Assembly: GCA_963798485.1 (NCBI GenBank)
Contig: CAWCTR010000031.1
Span: 1-43,950, forward strand
Length of the DNA: 43,950 bases
From: an uncultured delta proteobacterium
Lineage (GTDB): Bacteria; Desulfobacterota; Desulfomonilia; UBA1062
Reading direction: 5' to 3'
The position numbers were made by a program, and so were the translations under genes. Below are positions 17,482-27,798 of this stretch, one piece after another (the first letter of the stretch is position 1; the number at the start of each line of letters is the position of its first letter). The notes beneath the pieces are model-generated. The model ran no database searches. It worked only from the letters and a program-made list of their open reading frames with translations, and was not told the DNA's origin.

Positions 17482-17651
17482 AGCCCCCTCCTTAAAGTGA
17501 AATGTCCATGGCAGAACCCCCATTTTCTACATGAAATGAGAAGCGCTGCCGCTCGTATATTATTTCTATAATAACATCTGAGAGGAATTACTCAAGTGGT
17601 GAGTCAGGTAGGGATATGCGCGTAGCCAATAAGATTTCAGGTGACAGCCAG

Positions 17652-17866
17652 GGCACAACCCTGTGTCATTGAATGTTGATGTATACATTATTGTTCATCC
17701 ACCATACTATTCAAAAATTGTATCCACTCATGATAAACCCGCTTTAAGAAACGATGTCGAGACTATTGCGCTGAAATCTATGACGCCTGAAAATATGGCA
17801 CATCAATTGCTGTATGTATCTTGAGTTTCTGAATATCTTACGAGGAGGCCTTATTGATTGATGCCC
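17652..17866 (+). repeat. Copy 1 of a ~215-bp duplicated promoter/RBS block
   Basis: Aligns along its length with 17945-18157 (e.g. GTATCCACTCA, AAACGATGTCGAGAC, GAATATCTTACGAGGAGGCCTTATT). Confidence 0.9.
17796..17811 (+). promoter_or_regulatory. Sigma54 promoter (-24/-12), copy 1
   Basis: TGGCAC-ATCAA-TTGCT. Confidence 0.8.
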
Positions 17867-17944
17867 ATTGAGAATTGGCTTTCCTGGATAAGAGCACCCG
17901 GGAAATAACCATTCGGTAAAAAAATGATCTTTGGTGATAGCAAT

Positions 17945-18157
17945 GGTACAACTTTGTGTCATTGGATGTTAATTCATACATTTTTGTATATCATCCATCA
18001 TATTTAAAAATCGTATCCACTCACCATAAAACCCCTTTAAAAAACGATGTCGAGACAATTGCGCAGAAATATCTGAAGCCTGGAAATATGGCACCTCAAT
18101 TGCTGTAGGTATCCTGATTTCAGAATATCTTACGAGGAGGCCTTATTTATGATGCCG
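17945..18157 (+). repeat. Copy 2 of the duplicated promoter/RBS block (drives amtB)
   Basis: Diverged direct repeat of 17652-17866, offset 293 bp. Confidence 0.9.
18089..18104 (+). promoter_or_regulatory. Sigma54 promoter (-24/-12) of amtB-glnB
   Basis: TGGCAC-CTCAA-TTGCT upstream of the ammonium transporter. Confidence 0.85.
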
Positions 18158-19378
18158 GTTGACAAGGCTGATACCGCCTTTGTTCTTATTTCTGCTGCAC
18201 TCGTCTTACTCATGACCCCAGGACTGGCCATCTTCTATGCCGGCATGGTGCGGGCCAAAAACGTTCTCGGCACCATCATGCAGAGCTTCATCATGATAGC
18301 CCTTATAAGCTTTGAATGGGTGTATCTTGGATATTCCCTATCGTTCGGCCCCGATGTCGCGGGAGTCATCGGCAACCTCTCATGGTTCGGACTGGGTGGT
18401 GTCTCTTTAACCCCGAACCCCTCATACGGCCCCACCATCCCTCACCTGGCATTCGCCATATTCCAATGCATGTTCGCGGTCATCACCCCGGCGCTCATCA
18501 CCGGCGCCTTTGCAGAACGGGTTCGTTTCGCCCCCTTCCTGCTCTTCAGCTTTCTCTGGGCAGTAATCGTGTACAATCCCGTATGTCATTGGGTGTGGGG
18601 TGCAGGCGGCTGGCTGAAGAATCTGGGTGTCCTGGACTTTGCAGGCGGTCTGGTTGTTCATCTTTCCTGCGGGGCTGCAGCGCTTGCCGCCATAATGGTG
18701 ATCAAGCCGAGAAAGGGCCATGGTATCGATAACTTCATCCCCCACAACCTTCCCATGACACTGATGGGGGCGGGCATCCTGTGGTTCGGTTGGTTCGGGT
18801 TCAATGGCGGCAGCGCCCTGGCTGCCGATGGTGTTGCAACAAGCGCATTTGTGGCAACCCATCTCGGGGGTATGGCAGGGCTTGCCTCCTGGGTTATTGT
18901 GGAATGGATACACCGGGGCAAACCCACAACACTGGGCGCAGCCTCGGGGGCAGTGGCCGGATTGGCCACCATTACCCCGGGCGCCGGTTTTGTAACACCG
19001 AACTCAGCGATCATCATCGGCTCTCTTGCAGGGATGATCTGCTATGCATGTGTTGCATCCAAATCGCGACTGGGGTATGATGACAGTCTCGATGTAGTAG
19101 GCATACACGGCGCGGGCGGCATCATCGGTACATTACTCGTTGGTGTCTTTGCAACCAAGATGGTAAATGCATCAGGCGCTGACGGCCTGCTCTTAGGAAA
19201 CCCGTCATTGATCCGCTCGCAGCTTATCGGGGTCGTGGCAGTGGGTGTGTATGTATTTTGTATCAGCTGGGTATTGTTGAAGATCATAGATACATTGTGG
19301 GGTCTGCGCGTATCGGAAGATACGGAGATCCAGGGGCTTGATCTCGGCGAGCACAGTGAAACCGCCTACGGGTCTTAA
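18149..19378 (+). CDS. amtB: Ammonium transporter
   Basis: MTPGLAIFYAGMVR, FQCMFAVITPAL, DFAGGLVVH, WFGWFGFNGGS, YDDSLDVVGIHG, GLDLGEHSETAY. Confidence 0.97.
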   Translation: MMPVDKADTAFVLISAALVLLMTPGLAIFYAGMVRAKNVLGTIMQSFIMIALISFEWVYLGYSLSFGPDVAGVIGNLSWFGLGGVSLTPNPSYGPTIPHLAFAIFQCMFAVITPALITGAFAERVRFAPFLLFSFLWAVIVYNPVCHWVWGAGGWLKNLGVLDFAGGLVVHLSCGAAALAAIMVIKPRKGHGIDNFIPHNLPMTLMGAGILWFGWFGFNGGSALAADGVATSAFVATHLGGMAGLASWVIVEWIHRGKPTTLGAASGAVAGLATITPGAGFVTPNSAIIIGSLAGMICYACVASKSRLGYDDSLDVVGIHGAGGIIGTLLVGVFATKMVNASGADGLLLGNPSLIRSQLIGVVAVGVYVFCISWVLLKIIDTLWGLRVSEDTEIQGLDLGEHSETAYGS

Positions 19379-19392
19379 GTTTATTTTAATAG

Positions 19393-19740
<348 letters not shown>

Positions 19741-19813
19741 ACTCTATTCACAGTGCATGTGTTCAACTCAGTGAAACCCATCGACCGGTGGGTTCCTGTG
19801 TACCATAAAGCTT

Positions 19814-19843
19814 GTAGGTTGGGTTGAGCCTGCGAAACCCAAC
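19814..19843 (+). repeat. GTAG-type REP-like palindrome
   Basis: GTAG-GTTGGGTT-gagcctgcga-AACCCAAC. Confidence 0.65.
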
Positions 19844-19991
19844 ACTACCAATCTTAGCATTATATAGCTTTGTATGTTCACCTATCACCAGAACGGGGCC
19901 ATCTCCCGACACGGATTGAATTGTTTCCGCTTTTGTGTACATAGTAGTTCCCGATAGGTCCATACGCGCAAGACAGGTGGTACTGAAACGG

Positions 19992-20978
19992 ATGCCTGCA
20001 AATCTACCCCCTACATATCTTGAGGCCGAGAGGCGCTACAAGGAGGCCAAGACAACCGAAGAGAAGATCGAGGCCTTGGAAGAGATGCTTGCCATTATCC
20101 CTAAGCACAAGGGCACGGACAAGATGCAGGCCGACATCAAGCACCGTATCTCCAAGCACAAGGAAGAGGCACATAAGAAGACAGGGGCGGCCAAGCAGAA
20201 AAGCGTGTTCGCCATCGATAAGGAGGGCGCTGCCCAGGTGATCGTTATCGGGCCGCTCAACTCAGGCAAATCCTCACTGATCGCATCCCTGACCAATGCC
20301 GAGCCTGAGATAGCGCCCTTCCCCCACACCACCCATAAGCCCACGCCCGGTATGGCACCTTTTGAAAACATACAATTCCAGCTCATCGACACGCCGCCCA
20401 TTACCCCTGAGTATGTGGACCCGTTGATGATGGACCTGGTGAGGAGGGCCGACATTGTGGTTGTCCTGGTGGATATCGCTGCCGATCTCATTGATCAGTA
20501 TGAGAAGATCCTTGAAATACTCGCATCGCACAGGATCTTCCCCGAGGGGTTTGATATACCGGATGGCACCAGGAGGCCCATATTCCTCAAGAAGTTCATC
20601 ATCGCAGTGAACAAGGTGGATGGCCCTAAACAGGAAGAAGACTACCAGACCTTCCTGGAACTGACAGGTCTGACACTACCGGCGGTTCCCCTTTCAATCC
20701 TGAACGGGAAGAACCTCGATTCATTCCTGAAATCCATCTATAGCCTGTCCGGGGTCATCAGGGTGTACTCCAAAAACCCCGGCAAGGACCCTGATCTGGA
20801 CGAACCCTTTGTCATCCCCAGGGACAGCACGTTGGAGGAGCTTGCCGGAAAGATACACAAAGACTTTCTCGTCAAGCTCAAGTACGCCCGCATCTGGGGA
20901 AAGTCGGTCCATGACGGCATGATGGTCCAGCGCGACTATGTCATGCAGGACGGAGATATCGTCGAGATCCATATGTAA
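19992..20978 (+). CDS. DRG/Obg-family GTPase with TGS domain
   Basis: MPANLPP...PKHKGTDK N-terminus; GPLNSGKSS, PFPHTT, LIDTPP, NKVD; TGS IHKDF...YARIWG...DGDIVEIH. Confidence 0.9.
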   Translation: MPANLPPTYLEAERRYKEAKTTEEKIEALEEMLAIIPKHKGTDKMQADIKHRISKHKEEAHKKTGAAKQKSVFAIDKEGAAQVIVIGPLNSGKSSLIASLTNAEPEIAPFPHTTHKPTPGMAPFENIQFQLIDTPPITPEYVDPLMMDLVRRADIVVVLVDIAADLIDQYEKILEILASHRIFPEGFDIPDGTRRPIFLKKFIIAVNKVDGPKQEEDYQTFLELTGLTLPAVPLSILNGKNLDSFLKSIYSLSGVIRVYSKNPGKDPDLDEPFVIPRDSTLEELAGKIHKDFLVKLKYARIWGKSVHDGMMVQRDYVMQDGDIVEIHM

Positions 20979-21291
20979 TTTTGTGCTTGCATTTATCTAA
21001 AGAGTTCTCTATATGACTCCAACGCCTGCAGATGATGCAGGTTTTTCCTTGAGATGATAGTGGGAAACCCGTATTCGTCCAAGATTGATATTGAACCTAT
21101 ACCCATAACAATGGAACTAATGGTATATCCGCCAGGCTCGTGCCTTGGCATAAAACGCGAGGGTTTTGAAATGATTAGTATGTTTGTTACCGGTTGCATT
21201 TTTATATGTCTTTCGGTCTTCATTAAGAAAATGACCACCACTGACTAAGGTACACATTAAGCCCAAGGCATCCGTATCCATCTATTCTATT

Positions 21292-21630
21292 GTGTTTGAT
21301 GTTTCATATGCACTCAGAGAAGAACCCATCGCCGAGCTTGCCCTGGATGAGGTCAGCTATAATATCTCCGGTTGCAGCATACTCCACTATGAGATCGAGG
21401 TGGAGGCGGCAAACCCCTCCTCTGAAAACCATATTATACGTTTTACCGATCTCCTCAGAAACTCATATCCTGAGAAGCTTATGCGCTGGGACCACAACAA
21501 GCTCATCACCGGCATTGCCATGGAAGGACTCATGAAGGATGGAATGATCACATCAGTTCCCGGCGGGATGACCCGTCTCAGCAGGTCTTCATACGATATG
21601 ATCGATGCATTTCTGAAAAAAATGCCTTAG
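21292..21630 (+). pseudogene. C-terminal fragment of a CYTH-like protein
   Basis: IAELALDEVSY...HYEIEVEA...NKL resembles a CYTH C-terminal half; no RBS and no N-terminal ExExK motif. Confidence 0.5.
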
Positions 21631-21638
21631 AGAGAAAT

Positions 21639-21663
21639 GGGAACGGTCTCGACCGTTCCCTAC
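21639..21663 (-). repeat. GTAG-type REP-like palindrome
   Basis: Minus strand GTAGGGAACGGTC-GA-GACCGTTCCC, perfect 10-bp stem. Confidence 0.65.
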
Positions 21664-21719
21664 GGTAACCACCATTGGACAATCTCCTTATCGGGGTTAC
21701 ACTCCATATCTAGCAGGTC

Positions 21720-23123
21720 TTATATCCGCTCACCCGTCGCCAATCCCTCTATCTTCAACATCTTCCACCTGCCCCGATAAAATCTCACTGCCATGAGCAG
21801 GCCCTGGAACATCATGGATACGACCATGGCCATCCATACCCCCAAGGCCCCAAATCCGAGTGGTATCGCAAGAACAAAGGCGAGCGGCAGCCGTATGACC
21901 CACATGCAGAAAATGATGACCCACATATTGCCCCTGGTGTCGCCTGCCCCCTGCAGCGCCCCGCCGAGCACCAGGCTCAGGGCCATAAACGGCTCTGAAA
22001 ACATGTTCACCCTCAGGTATCGGGCCGTTTCCTTGAGCACCGCAGGGTCACGGGCAAGGAGGGAGGCAAAAAACTCAGCCCCGATGAAGATTGCACAGGA
22101 GAGCAGACTCAACATGATCATGGCGGTAAAGGCTATCTTCCACCCAAGCCGGGCGGCCCTTTGGGAGTTGCCTGCACCGAGGTTCTGACCTACCAGGACC
22201 GAAGCGGTCATGTTCATGGCAAAGGCAGGCATGAAGATGATCGCCTCAATCCTCAGTCCATTGGTGATTGAGGCCAATGCAGTAATGCTCTCGCTGCCCA
22301 GCCGGGAAAGGATATGATAAAGAATGATGCTCCCCGCGTTCCATGCCGCTTGGAGCAAACCGGCCGGCCAGCCGAGCTTTATTATTTGTATAATCATCCG
22401 GCTCTCTATCCCCCAGGATCCTCTCAATAACCGCCTCCACCTGCGGGTAAAGAAGAACAGGAGGCTTACCGCCATGCCCGCTGTGGCAGCTATGGCTGTG
22501 GAATAACCGATCCCCTTATATCCCAGGGCGGTCAGTGGTCCCCAACCGAACACCAGGGCAAAATCCAGCACTATGTTGATGATACAGAACACGGACATGG
22601 TAATGAGGGGTTTCATTACCTCACCGCTTGCGCGGAAGATCCCCGAACTGATGATAAGAAGATAGTTCGAGCCCAGGGCAAAGGAAAAGATAACAAAAAA
22701 TGTCTCCGCAATGGTTCGTATCTTCAGAGGAAAGCCTGCAATCCTCACGATTGGCCCATGAAAGAAAAGACCTACTATCATGAGGATAAGAGAGACCATA
22801 AGGCCGAAGATCAGCGACTGTTTTACATATGCTGAGGCCTTCTCAAAGTCCCGTGCCCCGAAGGCCCTCGATACCAGGGCCACCGTGCCGATGCTGATGG
22901 CATTCCCCAGGAGGATGAAGAGGAAATAAAGCTGCGAAACGTATCCAATGGCAGCCTGAACATCACGACTGATGAGCCCGGCCACATAGATGTCAGTGAA
23001 ACCCACAAAGAAGTTGAGGACCATGATGAGGAGCATGGGCCAGGTCAAGCGCCACATGGTGCCCCATGTACCGCCGCTGGTGATGGGATTACCTCCGAGA
23101 GATGGAAGTAAATTATTTTTCAA
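21720..23123 (-). CDS. MATE family efflux transporter
   Basis: About 12 TM segments; LTWPMLL, FRASGE, NIVLDFALVFG, VGQNLGAGN, ALQGAGDT. Confidence 0.93.
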   Translation of the reverse strand: MKNNLLPSLGGNPITSGGTWGTMWRLTWPMLLIMVLNFFVGFTDIYVAGLISRDVQAAIGYVSQLYFLFILLGNAISIGTVALVSRAFGARDFEKASAYVKQSLIFGLMVSLILMIVGLFFHGPIVRIAGFPLKIRTIAETFFVIFSFALGSNYLLIISSGIFRASGEVMKPLITMSVFCIINIVLDFALVFGWGPLTALGYKGIGYSTAIAATAGMAVSLLFFFTRRWRRLLRGSWGIESRMIIQIIKLGWPAGLLQAAWNAGSIILYHILSRLGSESITALASITNGLRIEAIIFMPAFAMNMTASVLVGQNLGAGNSQRAARLGWKIAFTAMIMLSLLSCAIFIGAEFFASLLARDPAVLKETARYLRVNMFSEPFMALSLVLGGALQGAGDTRGNMWVIIFCMWVIRLPLAFVLAIPLGFGALGVWMAMVVSMMFQGLLMAVRFYRGRWKMLKIEGLATGERI

Positions 23124-23388
23124 GAGAGGCAGTATGCGCCATCTTCATGAGTTCGGTAAAGACCGTCCTCAACTCCATAAGCCTGTCGGTCATGAGCATG
23201 AAGAGGATTTCCAGCCTTATGACAGGATTGATTGTGGTACTCAGGAGGGCATCAACCTCTTCCTGGAGTTCCCTGAGGCGGGGATGTTCTTTGAGTAACT
23301 GGTTCCTCTGGGCAATGAGATGCTCGACCTGCGGGTTTTCTCTTCGCTGAGCCTCTATCTTAACGAGTTGTTGTTCATCAAAGATCAT
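23113..23388 (-). CDS. Hypothetical helical protein
   Basis: 91-aa coiled-coil-like ORF, AGGAAG RBS, overlaps the MATE start, preceded by a sigma54 motif. Confidence 0.7.
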   Translation of the reverse strand: MIFDEQQLVKIEAQRRENPQVEHLIAQRNQLLKEHPRLRELQEEVDALLSTTINPVIRLEILFMLMTDRLMELRTVFTELMKMAHTASLEK

Positions 23389-23458
23389 AGCTTCCTGCCG
23401 CCGCCTTTCTTGCCCTGATTGTGGTCCTTTCCCTTTTTAAGGCTTATAGAGAATGAAC

Positions 23459-23474
23459 AGCAAATGGCATGCCA
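23459..23474 (-). promoter_or_regulatory. Sigma54 promoter (-24/-12)
   Basis: Minus strand TGGCAT-GCCAT-TTGCT, about 70 bp upstream of the 23388 start. Confidence 0.7.
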
Positions 23475-23756
23475 CCTATATTTATTCATTATTCCAATTA
23501 GTTAAGCATACGTGTCCAAAAAAAAGTTGTTGAATGTTACTTTTTTTATCCATAATAGGTATTTTTGTTCCGCTCTTGAGATTGTCATTGCAGGGCCAAG
23601 GCCCATGGGAGTACAATTTTATGGCTTGGCAGGCGGATGCACGTCCATATCTGACGGTATGGCTTTCTGGAGTTGTATGTTTCTTCTGCATCCGTGTTAA
23701 GAGGTCTTTTGATTGAAGCAATACCCGTTGCACCCTTGAACATGAGAGGAGGATCT

Positions 23757-26324
23757 ATGAAGACAGTTCACGAAGATCCCTGCATACCAAGAAGCAAAAG
23801 CAGACCGGTACGGTTCATCTTATGCATGGGTATGATCCTGGGCCTTTTCACCAGCGGCTGCACCGACATGGTGGCACAACACTTTGAGAAAACCGTCGAC
23901 AGAACCAAGGGAACCATAAGCCTGGCCGGCCTTACAGAACCGGTGACCGTGAGGAGGGACGCCCTTGGTATACCCTTCATAGAGGCTACAACGATGGGTG
24001 ATATGGCCATGGCCATGGGCTATGTCCATGCCTCGGACCGGCTCACGCAGATGGCGGCCATCAGGCTCATGTCCGAAGGCCGTCTCAGCGAAATGGCCGG
24101 ACCGTCCATGATCGACCTGGATATATACATGCGCACCATGAACCTCAGGCAAACAGCCCTGAGCCTGCTTAAAAATATCAGCCCCGAGAACCTGGTCCTG
24201 TTGGAGCGATACTGCGCCGGGGTGAATGCCTACCTGGACCTGCATAAGGACAACATGCCTGCGGGTCTCGCGCTGGCAGGGTACACACCGGAGCACTGGG
24301 AACCCATCGACTCCATCATGGTATTTGCCCTGCTGGATCTCGCGCTCTCATTCAATCTCTACGAAGAGGTCGCGGCCCTGAATGTAGCCCAGGCCATAGG
24401 CGCAGAGAAGACCGCATGGCTGCTCCCCATCTATCCTGATGAGCCCATACCCTTTGATGAGGCTGAGAAACTTTCCGGTATCGACCTGAACAGTACGGTA
24501 TCGGCCTCCTCAGAGATTGCAAAGGTTCAGCCCCTCCTGAACTCCCTGGGACTCGGGGGCCTTGCCGCCTCCAACAATTGGGCCATATCAAAGTGCAGGA
24601 CAAAAGGCAATGCGAGCATCCTGTGCAACGATACCCATCTCCTGTTGAGCATGCCATCCATGTGGAACATGATCCATCTCAGGTGTGGCCTTTATGATGT
24701 TGCAGGCATAAGCGTTGCGGGCGTCCCTGTCGTGATAGCCGGATACAATGGGCATATCGCCTGGGGCATGACCATGGTCATGGCGGACAATCAGGACATC
24801 TTCCTGGAGAGGCTCAAGGAAATAGGCGGCAGGCTCCACTACCTCTACAAGGGCAAGTGGCTGCCCACAAGCGATCGAAAGGAAACCATCAAGGTCAAGG
24901 GCAAGGCCCCGGTAAACATAACCATCCATGAAACCATCCACGGGCCGCTTATGGGTGATGCACTCAGAAAGGAACCCATAGAGCTCTTCCAGCCAAGGGC
25001 CGTGGACCTCCCATACGGAATCGCCCTGAGCTGGGCTGCTGTAGCAAAAGACGACGACAGCCTGAATGCCTTTTTCAGCCTGAGTTCCGCCGGTTCGGTT
25101 GACGAGGCCATACCCATTATGAAACGCATAAGGGCCATTGCTCTGAATATGGTCCTTGCAGACAAGGACGACATTGCCTGGCAGGTGACCGGTAACTACC
25201 CTGTTCGGGGCAAGGGCCGGGGCCTCATGCCCTCACCAGGATGGACCGGCGAGTATGACTGGGTAGGCCTCCTGGATCCGGAGGTCCTTCCTGGTTCAAA
25301 GAACCCCCCCGAGGGATTTATCGGCACGGCCAACAACCGCACTGTTGCAAAGGATTACCCCTACACCCTCTCATCCTCATGGTACTGGCCCGAGCGGGCC
25401 GAGCGCATCGCCCAGATGGCCTCAGCCACAACCCGCCATACGGCAAAGACATGTATGGACATGCAACTCGACACCCACTCGCTGTTCGTGCCCAAACTCA
25501 AGGCCGTCCTCTTAAGTGGAGAGCTTGCAAAAAATATTTCCAAAGAGATCAACAGATGGAAAGACCCCGAGAAGAGAAGAAAGGCACTGCTCGCCCTTAC
25601 TATTCTCCGGGATTTCGATGGCGACATGCGGACAGGGTCGAGCGGGGCGGCCCTCGTGGGGGTCTTCCTTGATTGTGCGACCAGGAACATTTTTCTCGAC
25701 GAGCTGGGCCCCGAGGATTCGAGGGTATGGAAGTCCTTCCTGGTCATGAACAACGAGAGCTACAACGCAACCTGCGATCATCTCCTCATCCGCGGTGATG
25801 AGAGTCCATTCTGGGATGATATAAGGACACCACAGAAGGAGACAAAGGCGCAAATCATTGCTCGATCACTGGCCGATGCCGTGTCGTCTCTGGAATCAAG
25901 GCAGGGCAGTGACCCCGCTAAATGGAACTGGGGGGCGCTGCACACCTATGTATGGGAGACCGAGGCCGCAAAGACCGCGCCGCATATGGGGTTCATGGAA
26001 AGGACAGCCATGCATCTGTTGTGGTCATACTTCAACCGGGGACCATACCCTGCACCCGGGGACATCTTCACGCTCAACGTTTCGGCCTATACCATGGGCC
26101 GTGACTTCGACACCTGGCTCATCCCTGCCATGCGCATCATTGTGGATTTCAGCTTAGATGAGCCCATGGTGGGGGTCAACAGCTCCGGCCAGTCGGACAA
26201 CCCTTCGAGCCCCCACTATGATGACGGTATAAAAGCCTGGCGTAATGGGGAATATATCCCGTTGCCCTTCAAGGATGAGGCTGTCAAGGCCCAGTACCGG
26301 GAGGTCTTGGTGCTTACCCCGTGA
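23757..26324 (+). CDS. Penicillin acylase family Ntn-hydrolase (possible AHL acylase), lipoprotein
   Basis: VRRDALGIPFI, GYVHASDRLTQM, beta-chain nucleophile AA|SNNWA, NDTHL, HGP, GQSDNPSSPHYDD; lipobox FTSGC; GAGGAGG RBS. Confidence 0.92.
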   Translation: MKTVHEDPCIPRSKSRPVRFILCMGMILGLFTSGCTDMVAQHFEKTVDRTKGTISLAGLTEPVTVRRDALGIPFIEATTMGDMAMAMGYVHASDRLTQMAAIRLMSEGRLSEMAGPSMIDLDIYMRTMNLRQTALSLLKNISPENLVLLERYCAGVNAYLDLHKDNMPAGLALAGYTPEHWEPIDSIMVFALLDLALSFNLYEEVAALNVAQAIGAEKTAWLLPIYPDEPIPFDEAEKLSGIDLNSTVSASSEIAKVQPLLNSLGLGGLAASNNWAISKCRTKGNASILCNDTHLLLSMPSMWNMIHLRCGLYDVAGISVAGVPVVIAGYNGHIAWGMTMVMADNQDIFLERLKEIGGRLHYLYKGKWLPTSDRKETIKVKGKAPVNITIHETIHGPLMGDALRKEPIELFQPRAVDLPYGIALSWAAVAKDDDSLNAFFSLSSAGSVDEAIPIMKRIRAIALNMVLADKDDIAWQVTGNYPVRGKGRGLMPSPGWTGEYDWVGLLDPEVLPGSKNPPEGFIGTANNRTVAKDYPYTLSSSWYWPERAERIAQMASATTRHTAKTCMDMQLDTHSLFVPKLKAVLLSGELAKNISKEINRWKDPEKRRKALLALTILRDFDGDMRTGSSGAALVGVFLDCATRNIFLDELGPEDSRVWKSFLVMNNESYNATCDHLLIRGDESPFWDDIRTPQKETKAQIIARSLADAVSSLESRQGSDPAKWNWGALHTYVWETEAAKTAPHMGFMERTAMHLLWSYFNRGPYPAPGDIFTLNVSAYTMGRDFDTWLIPAMRIIVDFSLDEPMVGVNSSGQSDNPSSPHYDDGIKAWRNGEYIPLPFKDEAVKAQYREVLVLTP

Positions 26325-26448
26325 TGGGTGTAAAATGTAAAATTCCTTTCGTGCTCAATGCGGTTGACAAACATGGTGAGGGTTCTGGTATGAAGATCAG
26401 TATACATTAGCAACAGACGATTTCATTCGCCAAAAGGAAAAGTTAGCC

Positions 26449-27774
26449 ATGAGCCTGGAAACAGTAGCCCTGCATGTGCCCGGAATACTCCTGCCAAGAG
26501 AGGGAACGGACTTTACCAGGTGGTCGGTTGTTGCCTGCGACCAGTTTACCTCTCAGGGGGAATACTGGAAGCAGGTGGATGAGCTCGTGGGGCTTTTCCC
26601 CTCCACATTGCGCCTGATCTATCCCGAGGCATACCTGAACTCCACAGACAACGATTGTAAGATCGATAAGATCAGCAAGGCCATGGAGCGCTACCTCACA
26701 GAAGGTATTCTCGAACCCCAAAAGGAAGGCTTTGTCCTGATCGAGCGCACCACGGCCCGGGGCGTTATAAGACGCGGGCTGCTGGTCTGCCTGGACCTGG
26801 AGCACTATGACTTTAAGGCAGGCAGTACGTGTCTCATCCGGGCCACTGAAGGAACCGTTGTCGATCGCCTTCCCGTTCGCGTTAAGATAAGGGCCGCGGC
26901 GACAATCGAGCTGCCACACATCATGGTGCTCATCGACGACCCGGAGATGACCGTCATAGAGCCCCTGTTCGGCAAGAGGCTCACCAAGCTCTATGATTTT
27001 GACCTCATGATGAACGGCGGTCATATCAGGGGATACCATGTGGGCGACGAGGGAGCGGTCCAGGATATTACCCGTAGCCTCATGCGTCTTGCTGATCCCG
27101 CACGTTTCAACGATCGGTACGGGCTCAGGGATTCTGCTGATGTGCTTCTGTATGCAGTGGGTGACGGCAACCATTCCCTGGCCTCTGCAAAGCTCTTCTG
27201 GGAGCAGCTCAAGGACCGCTCCGGCGACAAGGCAGCCATTATGAACCACCCCGCCCGTTTTGCACTGGTGGAGTTGGTCAACGTCCACGATAAAGGCCTC
27301 GAATTCGAGCCTATCCACCGGGTGCTCTTTAATGTAAAAAGCGATGACGTCTTTGCGGCCATGACCGATTTCTTTATGCCTAAGGATTCAGGGGTATCCA
27401 TCATCACGGATGATGAGTCGGGGCTTACAGAACAGAACAACACACATGCCATCGAGTTTATAACCGAGACCTCTCACGGTCACATCCTGATATCCAACCC
27501 CTGCTGGAATCTTGAGGTGGGGAGTCTTCAGGCCTTCCTTGATGTCTATTGCAAGGACCATCGGCAGGCCGAAATAGACTATATACACGGCGACACGGTG
27601 GTGAAAGACCTTGCAAAGAGACCATCGGCCATGGGGTTCCTCTTGCCCGTGCTTTCCAAACATAACCTCTTCAAAACCATTATTTTAGAAGGGGTCCTTC
27701 CCAGAAAGGCATTCTCCATGGGCCATGCCGAAGAAAAGCGTTATTATGTCGAATGCAGGAAAATCAGACCCTGA
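26449..27774 (+). CDS. DUF1015 family protein
   Basis: WSVVACDQFTS, IRATEGTV, ELPHIMVLIDD, YAVGDGNHSLA, LPRKAFSMG. Confidence 0.88.
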   Translation: MSLETVALHVPGILLPREGTDFTRWSVVACDQFTSQGEYWKQVDELVGLFPSTLRLIYPEAYLNSTDNDCKIDKISKAMERYLTEGILEPQKEGFVLIERTTARGVIRRGLLVCLDLEHYDFKAGSTCLIRATEGTVVDRLPVRVKIRAAATIELPHIMVLIDDPEMTVIEPLFGKRLTKLYDFDLMMNGGHIRGYHVGDEGAVQDITRSLMRLADPARFNDRYGLRDSADVLLYAVGDGNHSLASAKLFWEQLKDRSGDKAAIMNHPARFALVELVNVHDKGLEFEPIHRVLFNVKSDDVFAAMTDFFMPKDSGVSIITDDESGLTEQNNTHAIEFITETSHGHILISNPCWNLEVGSLQAFLDVYCKDHRQAEIDYIHGDTVVKDLAKRPSAMGFLLPVLSKHNLFKTIILEGVLPRKAFSMGHAEEKRYYVECRKIRP

Positions 27775-27798
27775 TCTTTTGAGTTATTGGTGCATAAA

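Noticed and set aside
21054-21248. 64-aa ORF with a hydrophobic C-terminus
   Set aside because: No RBS or family signal; at most a gene remnant.
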